Of a stretch of DNA of 64,000 nt, positions 37,774 to 47,924 are shown in pieces; position 1 is the first letter of the stretch; each line of letters starts with the position of its first letter. The stretch is taken from NCBI GenBank assembly GCA_938031175.1, contig CALHGZ010000010.1, positions 83,508 through 147,507 of the forward strand, in the 5' to 3' direction. Made by a program: the position numbers and the translations under genes. The notes beneath the pieces were generated by a model. The model made no database searches and was not told the origin of the DNA. It saw nothing but the letters and a program-made list of their open reading frames with translations. This stretch comes from Candidatus Kapaibacterium sp. Lineage in GTDB: Bacteria; Bacteroidota; Ignavibacteria; Kapaibacteriales; UBA2268.

Positions 37774-39282
37774 TCAATATTCTTTTTTTGTAATCATTTT
37801 TTCTGAACCAGCAATAGCAACACAAACGGCTGCATCACCAGTAATATTTGTAACTGTTCTTGCCATATCAAGCAATCTATCAACACCTAAAATCAATGCT
37901 ATACCTTGCGCAGGTATGTTAATAGATTCTAAAATTATAACAAGCATAATTATTCCCACACCTGGTACAGGAGCCGTTCCAATAGAAGCCAGTAAAGCAG
38001 TGAGCAAAATAGTCAGTTGTTGACTTATATTCAAATCAAGTCCATATACCTGTGCAATGAAAACAGCAGCAACACCTTGATACAGAGCGGTGCCATCCAT
38101 GTTTATAGTAGCCCCAAGAGGTAAAATAAAACCGGATACCGACTTTGGTACACCAATTTTATTTTCAACGCAATCAAATGTAATTGGTAATGTTGCAGCA
38201 CTTGAACTTGAGCTAAATCCTATAATTTGAGCAGTACGGAGATTTCTAAAAAAATCGAGTATTTTATATCTGCCAATAAATTTAACCACTAAGCTATATG
38301 TAACAAATGTATGAATAACAAGACCGAGCAATACTGCAAGTATATACCAGATTAATGTTGATAATATCTCGTATCCAAATTCAGCAATTGTTGCAGAAAT
38401 TAGAGCAAAAACTCCTATCGGAGCAATTTTCATAATAATTTGTACCATTTTAATCATTATTTCACTCACTCCGGAAAAGAAACCTATTACATAATTAGCT
38501 TTGCTCTTATCAATAAATAAAATTGTTAACCCAAAGATTAAAGCAAAAAAGACTACTTGCAACATCGCTCCATTAGCCATAGCATTAATGGGATTCTTTG
38601 GTACGATTGAAACTATGAAATCAAATATATTAATTTCAAAATGTTCACTTATGTTAATTGGCGTTTCTTCCTGAAATTCAGCCATTAATCTGACACTTGT
38701 TTCGTAAGGTACCTTCATACCCGGTTGAACAAAATTACCAATAATTAATCCGATACTGATAGCTATAATGCTTGTCAAAATATATAAGGCAAGTGTTTTA
38801 GCACCGATTTTCCCCAGCTTCTTCACATCTTCAAGGCTTGAAGCGCCAATGATTAAAGAGGCAATAACTAAAGGTATAGCTATTAAAGTCAAAAGATTGA
38901 TAAAAAGAGTTCCTAATGGCTTTAATTGAGTTGCTATTGTTTCATCTTTTGAGATTGATTGTAAATTGTGCAAAAACTCAGACTTTTCATGATAATTTAT
39001 GAGAATATCTACTCTGTCTTTCTCATTAATATGTTTTTTTATTTTTTGGCGAAGCAAATAAACTTCGTTATTCGAAAATGCGTATTTTTCAGCCCCCTCA
39101 TTAATAAAAACAGTGATAGTATCCCAGTTATTAATTTCCCTTGATTGTCTAATAAAATCATGATCTGAGTACTTGACATTAATTGAATGATAGTCTATTT
39201 TAAATATTATTCCAAATATAGAACCGAGTAATAAAGCTATTAGGATTTGAATATGAAGAGGAAGTATTTTTTCTGGGAGCAT
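37774..39282 (-). CDS. Dicarboxylate/amino acid:cation symporter (GltP/DAACS)
   Basis: FSSSSSAATLP, LPLGATINMDGTALY, SIGTAPVPG, GVDRLLDMART..N.TGD. Confidence 0.95.
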   Translation of the reverse strand: MLPEKILPLHIQILIALLLGSIFGIIFKIDYHSINVKYSDHDFIRQSREINNWDTITVFINEGAEKYAFSNNEVYLLRQKIKKHINEKDRVDILINYHEKSEFLHNLQSISKDETIATQLKPLGTLFINLLTLIAIPLVIASLIIGASSLEDVKKLGKIGAKTLALYILTSIIAISIGLIIGNFVQPGMKVPYETSVRLMAEFQEETPINISEHFEINIFDFIVSIVPKNPINAMANGAMLQVVFFALIFGLTILFIDKSKANYVIGFFSGVSEIMIKMVQIIMKIAPIGVFALISATIAEFGYEILSTLIWYILAVLLGLVIHTFVTYSLVVKFIGRYKILDFFRNLRTAQIIGFSSSSSAATLPITFDCVENKIGVPKSVSGFILPLGATINMDGTALYQGVAAVFIAQVYGLDLNISQQLTILLTALLASIGTAPVPGVGIIMLVIILESINIPAQGIALILGVDRLLDMARTVTNITGDAAVCVAIAGSEKMITKKEY

Positions 39283-39356
39283 TTGATAATTTAATTATTT
39301 TAACAGCTAACAAATGCTCGAATATATGAATAAATCGAAAAATATAGCATAGAAAA

Positions 39357-40811
39357 CTAATTTTTATTAATTCTTTGTATTATTTTCTTGGTAATTTGAA
39401 TAAACTCAGCAACTCGTTCAATGCCTTCAGCTTTGGCAAGAAATTGCTCATAAAAGTTGAGTGCTTTGTCGATTTCATTTTTATTATGATGAGCTAGTCC
39501 TAAGATATAATAAGGTTCAGGAAGTGTAGGATCAATCAATATAGCTTTATTTGCTAATTCGATAGCTGTATCATTATTTCCCATATTATAATATAGATAT
39601 GCTAAATTAAATATAGCTTCAGCATTATCTGGGCGAATTTCAATGGATTTGCTAATGTCAGCTTCAGCAGAATCAAATCGTTTCATTCTCATATAAGACT
39701 TACCACGATTAAGATAAGCTTCATAATCATATGGATTTAGACTTATTACTTTTGTGAAATCCATAACAGCTAGTGGCTCATATTTTGAATTTTGAAAAAG
39801 CATCCCTCTATTGAAATAGGCATTCGCATAATTTGAATCTAACGCGATGGCTCTATTAAAATCTTGTAAAGCTGAATCAGGCTTCATCAAGTTTTTGTAT
39901 GCTAAACCTCTATTCACATAAGCTTCAATATTGTTTGGGTCAAGGGCAATTACATTGCTGAATTCTGCAATGGCTTTTTGGAATTCGCCTAAATTTGAAT
40001 AGACAATACCAATTTTATTTTTTACAATTTTATTATTCGGTAAAATTTTATCAGAGATAATTAAATCATTGAGAGCTAATTGATTTTCATTAATATCAAT
40101 ATAAGATAATCCTCGATTAAAGAATGCATCAAAATTATTACTATCGAGAGATATAATTTTAGAGAAGTCATTAATTGAATTTTGAATTTGCCCGATGAAT
40201 TTATATGCAAAAGCTCGGCTTAGCATTGCTTCTATTAAATTATCGCTTATTTCGAGTGCTTTTGTATAATCAGCAATTGCTTTTTCATATTGTTTCAAAA
40301 TGAAATGTGCATTTCCTCTTTTTACATAAGTTCTAAAATCATTCGTATTGAATTGAAGTGATTCGTTGAACATTTCGATTGCATCACTGAATCTGCCCTG
40401 TTCTAAATATATTAAGCCGATATTATTATAGGAGCGATGATATGAGTTATCGCAATTTATAGCTTTTTGAAATTCTTGTAAAGCTAAATCATATTTTTTT
40501 AAAAAATAATATATTGTCCCTCGATTGTTGAATGCATCAGAATAACAGGGATTTAATTCAATTGCTCTATTATAATCTTTGAGTGCTGAATCGAAAAATG
40601 CTTTATTTAGATAGGAATTACCTCTCTTGTAATAATACAATGAATTAAGAGAATCAAGAGCGATTGCTTTGTTAAAAAATTCAATTGATTCATCAAATTT
40701 GCTAGCTTCCTGCTTTTCAATTGCCTGATTGTAATAAAAATTAGCTTCTTGGGAATTGATTGTAATTATAAAAAAATTGAATACCAATATTAGATGAATT
40801 GGCGAAATCAT
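39357..40811 (-). CDS. Exported tetratricopeptide repeat protein (about 12-13 TPRs)
   Basis: Repeated AY.NRG...A..D...AI.L.P units; N-terminal signal-like segment. Confidence 0.92.
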   Translation of the reverse strand: MISPIHLILVFNFFIITINSQEANFYYNQAIEKQEASKFDESIEFFNKAIALDSLNSLYYYKRGNSYLNKAFFDSALKDYNRAIELNPCYSDAFNNRGTIYYFLKKYDLALQEFQKAINCDNSYHRSYNNIGLIYLEQGRFSDAIEMFNESLQFNTNDFRTYVKRGNAHFILKQYEKAIADYTKALEISDNLIEAMLSRAFAYKFIGQIQNSINDFSKIISLDSNNFDAFFNRGLSYIDINENQLALNDLIISDKILPNNKIVKNKIGIVYSNLGEFQKAIAEFSNVIALDPNNIEAYVNRGLAYKNLMKPDSALQDFNRAIALDSNYANAYFNRGMLFQNSKYEPLAVMDFTKVISLNPYDYEAYLNRGKSYMRMKRFDSAEADISKSIEIRPDNAEAIFNLAYLYYNMGNNDTAIELANKAILIDPTLPEPYYILGLAHHNKNEIDKALNFYEQFLAKAEGIERVAEFIQITKKIIQRINKN

Positions 40812-40876
40812 TTTTCATTTTCTAAAAGTTTATATAAAATTTCGTCATTTCATTGAAAATATTTAAAGGCTAAAAT

Positions 40877-41302
40877 TTATGTGTTTTGGAAATGGAAGGA
40901 ATATTCCAATTCCACTTCGTTGCTTAAGCTTCTTGTAACGGGACAAGTTTTAACCACATTAGAGAGGAGTTTAAAATCATCATCTTTGAGAACATTAGGA
41001 TAAATTATCTCCAATGTTAATTTCTTTATTTTCCTGAACGGGACATTAGTCATCTCTTTTGTGACATTGATTTTCATTCCTGTTATATCAATATTATTGT
41101 TGCGTGCAACAATTCCCATAATTGTTGCAACACATGAGCCAATTGAAGCGGCCGCTAAATCAGTTGGTGAAATATATTCCCCTTTACCTTGATTATCAAG
41201 CGGTGCATCTGTTAAAAATGTTTGTCCTGATAAACTATGCGTGACGGAACAGTGCAAATCGCCGAGGTATTCAATAAATATTTTTACTTTGTAGTCTTCC
41301 AT
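40877..41302 (-). CDS. OsmC family protein
   Basis: TDAPLDNQGKG, SPTDL..SIGSC, CPVTRSL. Confidence 0.9.
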   Translation of the reverse strand: MEDYKVKIFIEYLGDLHCSVTHSLSGQTFLTDAPLDNQGKGEYISPTDLAAASIGSCVATIMGIVARNNNIDITGMKINVTKEMTNVPFRKIKKLTLEIIYPNVLKDDDFKLLSNVVKTCPVTRSLSNEVELEYSFHFQNT

Positions 41303-41304
41303 AG

Positions 41305-42183
41305 CTATAGGTTTATGTGTTTTTCAGCATGATAAGAACTTCTAACAAGTGGACCTGACTCAACAATTTTAAAGCCTTTTTGTAAACCAACCTTTCTATA
41401 TTCATCGAATTCATCGGGATGGACGTAACGTGCAACAGGTAAATGTTGGTTTGTCGGTTGTAAATACTGACCAATAGTGATTATATCAATGTTAATTGCA
41501 ATTAAGTCATCCATTACTTGGAATACTTCTTGCTTAGTCTCACCTAATCCGACCATCATACCGGTTTTTGTTTTCATTCCTAAATGCTTGGATTCTTTTA
41601 AAATATCAAGTGATCGTAGATATTTTGCTTGTGGTCTTACTTTAGGATAAAGGCGAGGTACAGTTTCTATATTATGATTTAAAACATCAGGTTTTGCATC
41701 AATGACTCTGTGTAAAGCCTCAATATCACCTTTGAAATCAGGAATAAGAACTTCGATGGTAGTATTTGGACAGAGTTCTTTAATAGCTTTAATAGTTTCA
41801 GCCCAAATAGCAGAACCACCATCATTAAGCTCATCACGATTAACTGAAGTAATTACAGCGTGTTTAACGCCCATCCTCATTACCGATTCAGCCACTCTTT
41901 TTGGTTCATTCCAATCTAATTCTGAAGGTCTACCGGTTTTTATTGCACAAAACCCACAAGAACGTGTACAAATATCACCCAAAATAAGGAATGTTGCAGT
42001 GCCATTATTCCAACACTCATTAATATTTGGACAGTGTGCTTCTTCGCAAACAGTATGCAAAGATTTGGAGCGCATCATTTTTCGAATATTCGAAAAATTA
42101 ACCCCACCGGGGGCTTTCACCTTTAGCCAGTAGGGTTTTCTTTGTAAATCCTGAAAATCGTCAGGTCTATCTATTTTGTGCAT
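41305..42183 (-). CDS. lipA: Lipoyl synthase
   Basis: [24 protein letters not shown] motif. Confidence 0.97.
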   Translation of the reverse strand: MHKIDRPDDFQDLQRKPYWLKVKAPGGVNFSNIRKMMRSKSLHTVCEEAHCPNINECWNNGTATFLILGDICTRSCGFCAIKTGRPSELDWNEPKRVAESVMRMGVKHAVITSVNRDELNDGGSAIWAETIKAIKELCPNTTIEVLIPDFKGDIEALHRVIDAKPDVLNHNIETVPRLYPKVRPQAKYLRSLDILKESKHLGMKTKTGMMVGLGETKQEVFQVMDDLIAINIDIITIGQYLQPTNQHLPVARYVHPDEFDEYRKVGLQKGFKIVESGPLVRSSYHAEKHINL

Positions 42184-42208
42184 TTATTTACCCATTATAT
42201 GTTATAAT

Positions 42209-43075
42209 CTATAATGCACCAAGATATGTTCTAAGAGATTTAGAACGTGATGCATGTCTTAATCTTCTTATTGCTTTTTCTTTAATTTGCCTTACTCTTT
42301 CACGTGTAAGGTTGAACTTTTCACCTATTTCTTCCAAAGTCAAAGGTGGTCCGTCTAATCCAAAATATAGTTTTATAACCTCAGCCTCTCGTTGAGACAA
42401 AGTGGTTAAGACTTGTTGGACTTCTAATCTTAATGACTCTCTTATTAATTCATGGTCGGGTGGTGGTTGATGTTCATTAGGTAAAACATCAAGTAATCTA
42501 TTGTCCTCACCTTGAACGAATGGAGCATCAACCGATAAATGCCTGCCGGATATTTTTATTGTTTCTGCAATTTCGTTATCAGACATATTTAAATTCTGAG
42601 CAAGCTCGGCAGCAGTTGGTTCTCTTTCAAATTTTTGTTCAAGTTCACTGAATTTTTTCCCAATTTTATTTAATGCCCCAACTCTGTTTAGTGGCAATCG
42701 GACAATACGTGATTGTTCAGCAAGAGCTTGCAAAATAGATTGTCTTATCCACCATACAGCATAGGAAATGAATTTAAATCCACGTGTTTCATCGAATCTT
42801 CGAGCAGCTTTTATTAAACCCAAGTTTCCTTCATTGATTAGATCGCCGAGCGACAATCCCTGATTTTGATACTGTTTTGCAACAGATACAACAAATCTTA
42901 AATTAGCATTGACAAGGCGTTCTAAGGCTTTTTGCCCCTCGTAACCACCTTTTCTGATTTTTTGAGCTAATTCAATCTCTTCTTTGGGATTGAGCAATTC
43001 GACACGCCCAATTTCTTGCAAATATTTGTCCAGAGATTGACTTTCTCGATTTGTGTACTGTTTAGTTATCCTCAT
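42209..43075 (-). CDS. rpoD: Primary-type sigma-70 factor lacking region 1.1 (Bacteroidota RpoD)
   Basis: [55 protein letters not shown]. Confidence 0.9.
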   Translation of the reverse strand: MRITKQYTNRESQSLDKYLQEIGRVELLNPKEEIELAQKIRKGGYEGQKALERLVNANLRFVVSVAKQYQNQGLSLGDLINEGNLGLIKAARRFDETRGFKFISYAVWWIRQSILQALAEQSRIVRLPLNRVGALNKIGKKFSELEQKFEREPTAAELAQNLNMSDNEIAETIKISGRHLSVDAPFVQGEDNRLLDVLPNEHQPPPDHELIRESLRLEVQQVLTTLSQREAEVIKLYFGLDGPPLTLEEIGEKFNLTRERVRQIKEKAIRRLRHASRSKSLRTYLGAL

Positions 43076-43160
43076 AAATTGCTACCACTTTTTTTGAAAT
43101 AATCAATACCAATTAATAACGTTTCTGCTATTTGTCTATTGTATTACTTCTATAATTGTC

Positions 43161-44819
43161 TCATTGTTTGTTTTTATCTATCCGATTCAAAGCTAATATT
43201 GTGTAATATTTATCGGACGTTATTAAATTCAATGCTGCTTGTGCAATTTCATCAGTTATGAGCGTGTGTTTTATGTATTCTTCTTCTGTTAAAAATCGAT
43301 TTTTTATTTCTAATTCGAGGTATTTTTTTATATCCCAAATATTGTTTTTAATTAACTCAGGCTTTTCTTTTTTTAGTTCATTTTGCAATTGTGTTATAGT
43401 ATTGATTATTCTATCACTATATTTATCCATTTTTGCTTGAGTTTTTATATCCTCGAGTTTTTTGTTAAGCCCGAAAGTATAATCAATATTTTGAGTTTTT
43501 AAATATGCCTCGAATTCGCTTATGATCCTCTCATCGATTGAGAAATTTTCATCGAGCTTTTTTAGTTTTGCGGTGTAAATATTAGCAAAATTGAAGAATT
43601 TGTTTGTATTTAACAATTCATTTATGAAATTGGATTTTTCCTTCGGTTCTATAATTGTATCAGGGATGATACCGACATATTCATATACTCTTCTTCCATT
43701 TTGAGTGTAAAATATAGTTGTATCATGGCTTGGGAAAGTTTCATTTTTTCTTGAATTTTTTACATAGTCTAGTTTCTGAATACATCTACCGGATGGAGTA
43801 TAATATTTAGCTGTCGTTAACTTGATACTTCCTTTATATGGGATATCAAATACAGATTGAACAAGTCCCTTACCATACGAACGACGTCCAATAATAATGC
43901 CTCTATCTAAATCTTGAATAGCACCAGCTACTATTTCACTTGCACTCGCACTATTTTCGTTTATAAGTATTGCTAATGGCTGGTAAGGCAATAGAGGCTC
44001 CTTATGTGATCGATAGACAATTTCATCACTTTTATTTCTTCCTTTGGTTTTTACAATTACACTCCCTTTAGGTACAAACAATTCACAAATGGATATTGCA
44101 GATTCAAGTAAACCTCCGGGATTATCTCTTAAATCCAAGATGAGTGATTTGATTGTATCTTTATCGGACAATTTATTAATCACAGCTCTAAGCTCTGATT
44201 CACAGTTTCTAGAAAATCGCTCAAGTTTGATATAGGCTACATTTTTTTTGATAAATCCTGAGAATGAAACATTTTGGATTTGAATATTTTCTCTTTCTAA
44301 TCTGAATTTAAGTGTATCTGTAATCCCATCTCTTATTATGTAAAAATCGCAAAAACTACCTGGTTCCCCTCGGGTAAATTGCCTTAGCTCTTTTGTTGAT
44401 TTATTAATTACAATTGTTGTATCAATCTTATATAACCTGTCTCCTATTCTAATTCCGCTTTTTCTTGCTGAGTACCCATCGCGTAAACCAACAATAGTCA
44501 TCATGCTATCACGTATTCCAACCGAAATCCCTAAGCCGGTGTATGTACCTGTTATAAGAAAATCTATATCATCTACTTCACTTTGAGTATAATACTCAGT
44601 AAATGGGTCAAGGTTTTCAAGTAATCCATCTATACTTGATTTGATCAATTCTTCAGGCGCTATTTCCTCAACGTAGTTTAGCGCAACGTGCTTAAATACA
44701 GACCCAAATATTTCGAAAGATTTATTTATGTTAAAGATATTTTTATCAATGGAAGACGTTAGAGTCAGAAATGTAATAACAGACAATATTCCCAGTAAGT
44801 ATATATTGAATTTCTTCAT
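43161..44819 (-). CDS. S41 family carboxyl-terminal processing protease
   Basis: PDZ domain; LDLRDNPGGLL, SASASEIVAGA, SYGKGLVQ, TTAKYYTPSGR. Confidence 0.95.
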   Translation of the reverse strand: MKKFNIYLLGILSVITFLTLTSSIDKNIFNINKSFEIFGSVFKHVALNYVEEIAPEELIKSSIDGLLENLDPFTEYYTQSEVDDIDFLITGTYTGLGISVGIRDSMMTIVGLRDGYSARKSGIRIGDRLYKIDTTIVINKSTKELRQFTRGEPGSFCDFYIIRDGITDTLKFRLERENIQIQNVSFSGFIKKNVAYIKLERFSRNCESELRAVINKLSDKDTIKSLILDLRDNPGGLLESAISICELFVPKGSVIVKTKGRNKSDEIVYRSHKEPLLPYQPLAILINENSASASEIVAGAIQDLDRGIIIGRRSYGKGLVQSVFDIPYKGSIKLTTAKYYTPSGRCIQKLDYVKNSRKNETFPSHDTTIFYTQNGRRVYEYVGIIPDTIIEPKEKSNFINELLNTNKFFNFANIYTAKLKKLDENFSIDERIISEFEAYLKTQNIDYTFGLNKKLEDIKTQAKMDKYSDRIINTITQLQNELKKEKPELIKNNIWDIKKYLELEIKNRFLTEEEYIKHTLITDEIAQAALNLITSDKYYTILALNRIDKNKQ

Positions 44820-44832
44820 GTTTAATAAAATT

Positions 44833-46263
44833 TTAAAATGTGTACCCGGTTAATTTTTCCAAGAAAAATTGCTTCAAGTTATCAGCGTTGATTCTGATTT
44901 GATACATAGAATCTCTATCACGCACGGTTACTGTATTATCCTGTAAAGTTTGTCCATCAACAGTAATGCAATAAGGTGTACCTACTTCGTCTTGACGGCG
45001 GTAACGCCTACCTATTGCACCACTTGAATCATAACGGACACGTATAATTTTTTGTAAATCCAAAAATAATTTTTCTGCATATTCAGGCATACCCTCTTTA
45101 TTTACCAAAGGGAAAACCGCAGCAGTTATAGGTGCTATCAAAGGATGTAACCTAAGAACTACACGTTTTTCAATCTTACCATCTTCATTCTGAATATCCT
45201 CTTCATCATATGCATCGCATAAAAATGCCATAAATGAGCGTGTAACTCCTCCAGAAGTTTCAATAACATAAGGGATATATCTTTCGTTTGTAACAGCATC
45301 GAAATATTCAAGTTTTTTACCTGAAAATTGCTGATGATTACTTAAATCGAAATCAGTCCTTGAATGAATTCCTTCAATTTCTCCCCAACCAAATGGAAAT
45401 TCGTATTCAATATCGATGGCATAATTTGCATAGTGGGCTAATTTTTCATGCTTTTTAAAATTAAGACGCTCAGCTTTGATTCCGCAGTTAACGAACCATT
45501 TCATTCTTTCTTCTTTCCAATATTCGAACCATTCTATTTCGGTACCTGGTTTAATAAAATATTGCATCTCCATTTGTTCAAATTCTCTTGTTCGGAACAG
45601 AAAGTTTTTCGTGTTAATTTCATTGCGGAAAGCTTTACCAATTTGGGCTATACCGAAAGGTATTTTCTGTCTGCTACTATCTAATACATTTTTAAAATTT
45701 ACAAAAATTCCTTGTGCCGATTCTGGGCGTAAATATACAACACTTGATTGATCTTCAACAGGACCAATAAAAGTTTTAAACATTAGATTAAAATTCCGTA
45801 CCTCGGTCCAATCGCAAGTGCCGGATATAGGATCAGGTATTTTATAATCAATAATTATTTTATAATAATCAAGTGGTTCTTCTGCGGAGTTCAATTTAGT
45901 TTCAATTTCATAAGCCAAATCATTTTTCCCTTTTCTTTTAAGTGTATCAATGTAATCTTCAATTAGATTGTCAGCTCTATATCTTGCTTTACTTGTTTTA
46001 TTGTCAATCATTGGATCACTAAACTTTGATGTATGACCGCTTGCATCCCAGGTGCGTGGATGCATTAAAATTGAAGCATCAATTCCTTCAATATCCTTAC
46101 GATAAGTCATTGAACGCCACCATAATTCCTTAATGTTACGAAGCATTTCGACACCTAGCTGACCGAAATCCCAGCAACCATTAAGTCCGCCGTATATCTC
46201 CGATGATTGAAAAACAAATCCACGTCGTTTAGCTAATGATATTATTGTTTCTAATTTTACCAT
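44833..46263 (-). CDS. glyQS: Glycine--tRNA ligase (homodimeric type)
   Basis: KRRGF..SSEIYGG, YLRPESAQGIF, GKAFRNEI, FRTREFEQME, IGRRYRRQDEVGTP. Confidence 0.96.
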   Translation of the reverse strand: MVKLETIISLAKRRGFVFQSSEIYGGLNGCWDFGQLGVEMLRNIKELWWRSMTYRKDIEGIDASILMHPRTWDASGHTSKFSDPMIDNKTSKARYRADNLIEDYIDTLKRKGKNDLAYEIETKLNSAEEPLDYYKIIIDYKIPDPISGTCDWTEVRNFNLMFKTFIGPVEDQSSVVYLRPESAQGIFVNFKNVLDSSRQKIPFGIAQIGKAFRNEINTKNFLFRTREFEQMEMQYFIKPGTEIEWFEYWKEERMKWFVNCGIKAERLNFKKHEKLAHYANYAIDIEYEFPFGWGEIEGIHSRTDFDLSNHQQFSGKKLEYFDAVTNERYIPYVIETSGGVTRSFMAFLCDAYDEEDIQNEDGKIEKRVVLRLHPLIAPITAAVFPLVNKEGMPEYAEKLFLDLQKIIRVRYDSSGAIGRRYRRQDEVGTPYCITVDGQTLQDNTVTVRDRDSMYQIRINADNLKQFFLEKLTGYTF

Positions 46264-46296
46264 ATTTTTTTAGTTTTTGACTTACTTTGAAAACTG

Positions 46297-46304
46297 CAAA
46301 TTTA
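46297..46304 (-). promoter_or_regulatory. Bacteroidota-type -7 element upstream of glyQS
   Basis: TAAATTTG(CA) on minus strand, 33 nt upstream of ATG. Confidence 0.5.
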
Positions 46305-46423
46305 TGAAAAATATCACAAAAATACAGGGAGGGAACTCTATGTGAATTTAAAATCTATATATTTGTTAAATAAATTATTCTATTTGGAATAATTTTGCTG
46401 GTTTGTAGGTAATAATATAATTT

Positions 46424-46467
46424 TCCACTGCGAGTTTAGCGTCATTTGATTTTACTCGCTTAATGGA
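46424..46467 (-). other. Bulged stem-loop just 3' of the arr operon
   Basis: Minus strand: TCCATT-AA-GCGAGT-(18 nt)-ACTCGC-AGTGGA. Confidence 0.45.
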
Positions 46468-46475
46468 TACATAAA

Positions 46476-47114
46476 TCAATTTTGCTGCAATTTTGAAAAT
46501 TTCTTTATATCATTTGAATATTCAAACAAGATGTTTGATGCAATTAGATAAAAATGATTATCAGTAGCACCCAGTATTGTTTTTACAAAATCATTCATCC
46601 AACTTGTGAAATAAATCAATACAAAGTTTTTAAAAATACTCTGGTAATCAATCAATTGCCCGTTTTGATTGATTATAGCTTCATACTGCTTATATAAAAG
46701 ATATTCAATAAATTCCAATTCAGCTAAAATATGATCAGGTAGGTCTTTGAATTCATCATTCATCAAAAGACCTGCCCTCGCATATAGTTGCTCTACTTCA
46801 TTGGTAGATTCACCCATTAATTTGCCATTTTCCAAATAATGTGAGCCATATGGTACAGCCAATACATGATAGGGACCAATAAAAAGCCTCGAGTATTCAA
46901 TCAAAAGTTGATCTTTTTCTGAATTATTTAATAACTCATTCAATATTTGGGCATTGATTTTATATTTTTCAAATAACTTAGAATTAAGTAATCGTTCATA
47001 AATGATAGAGAAGCTTTTTTTATACTCTTCTAAATTTGATATCGGAGAAAAAATAATTTTAATAAATTTAGTTAAATCGTATAAAAAGCTAATTTTTTCT
47101 AATTCGTCATTCAT
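46476..47114 (-). CDS. arrD: TorD/DmsD family redox-enzyme maturation chaperone (ArrD)
   Basis: EYSRLFIG, PYGSHY, LPDHILAELEF motif; coupled to arrB by a TAATG overlap. Confidence 0.88.
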   Translation of the reverse strand: MNDELEKISFLYDLTKFIKIIFSPISNLEEYKKSFSIIYERLLNSKLFEKYKINAQILNELLNNSEKDQLLIEYSRLFIGPYHVLAVPYGSHYLENGKLMGESTNEVEQLYARAGLLMNDEFKDLPDHILAELEFIEYLLYKQYEAIINQNGQLIDYQSIFKNFVLIYFTSWMNDFVKTILGATDNHFYLIASNILFEYSNDIKKFSKLQQN

Positions 47115-47899
47115 TAGAGTTTACTTTTTGTAAATTCCCCGATATAATAAACATTTGGTTTGGTTCCCTCTTCAGAGTCGCCTAAAAATTCTCCTCTATT
47201 GTTCTTTAGACGTTTAAATGGATTATTTTTGATTAATTTGCTAACTTCACTTTCCTTATCATCAAAATCACCGAAAATTCTAGCACCAGCTGGACATGAA
47301 ACAACACAGAAGGGCTGTAAACCAATTCTTCTTCTGTGGTCGCATAATATGCATTTTTCAACTACATATTCTCTTCTGATCGGTTCATAATCGGGATGTT
47401 CATATAAATTAGCATTAGGTGGGATAGAACCTGTAATTTTTGATATTTCATTAGCAGAAGATGTACAATTTGCAATTACTTGTTTTCTATTTTTCCAGAA
47501 ATCATGAACATTCTCTGAATTATAACTGATCACACTATATTGAACATCTTCATTTTGCATACTTCGTACACTATATGGACAAGCATCCATACAACGGCGG
47601 CAACCGATACATCTTTCATCATTGTGTAGAGTAATACCTTCATTCGATTTGAACATGGCCTTTGGTTCCACAGGGCAAACTTCAACACATGGTGCGTTAG
47701 AACAGTGATTGCATAATACTGGCAAGAATTGATATTTTATATTTGGAAATGTTCCTTCGTAAGAAATATAATAATCAGCCCAATTAAATGTTTGTGAATT
47801 GGTACTTGTCTGAGTATTATTTTCAGCTTTGCAGGCAATTGCACAAGCACCGCAACCGGTGCATTTATTTAAATCAATTACCATTCCATATTGTGACAT
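47114..47899 (-). CDS. arrB: 4x[4Fe-4S] electron-transfer subunit of respiratory arsenate reductase (ArrB)
   Basis: CTGCGACAIAC, CNHCSNAPCVEVCP, CIGCRRCMDACP, CILC...CVVSCP; the long ArrB-type insert (ISYN..HDFWK...PN...Y..IR..VVEKC) between clusters; no signal peptide. Confidence 0.88.
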   Translation of the reverse strand: MSQYGMVIDLNKCTGCGACAIACKAENNTQTSTNSQTFNWADYYISYEGTFPNIKYQFLPVLCNHCSNAPCVEVCPVEPKAMFKSNEGITLHNDERCIGCRRCMDACPYSVRSMQNEDVQYSVISYNSENVHDFWKNRKQVIANCTSSANEISKITGSIPPNANLYEHPDYEPIRREYVVEKCILCDHRRRIGLQPFCVVSCPAGARIFGDFDDKESEVSKLIKNNPFKRLKNNRGEFLGDSEEGTKPNVYYIGEFTKSKL

Positions 47900-47924
47900 T
47901 TTAACCTCTTTATATATTTTACAA

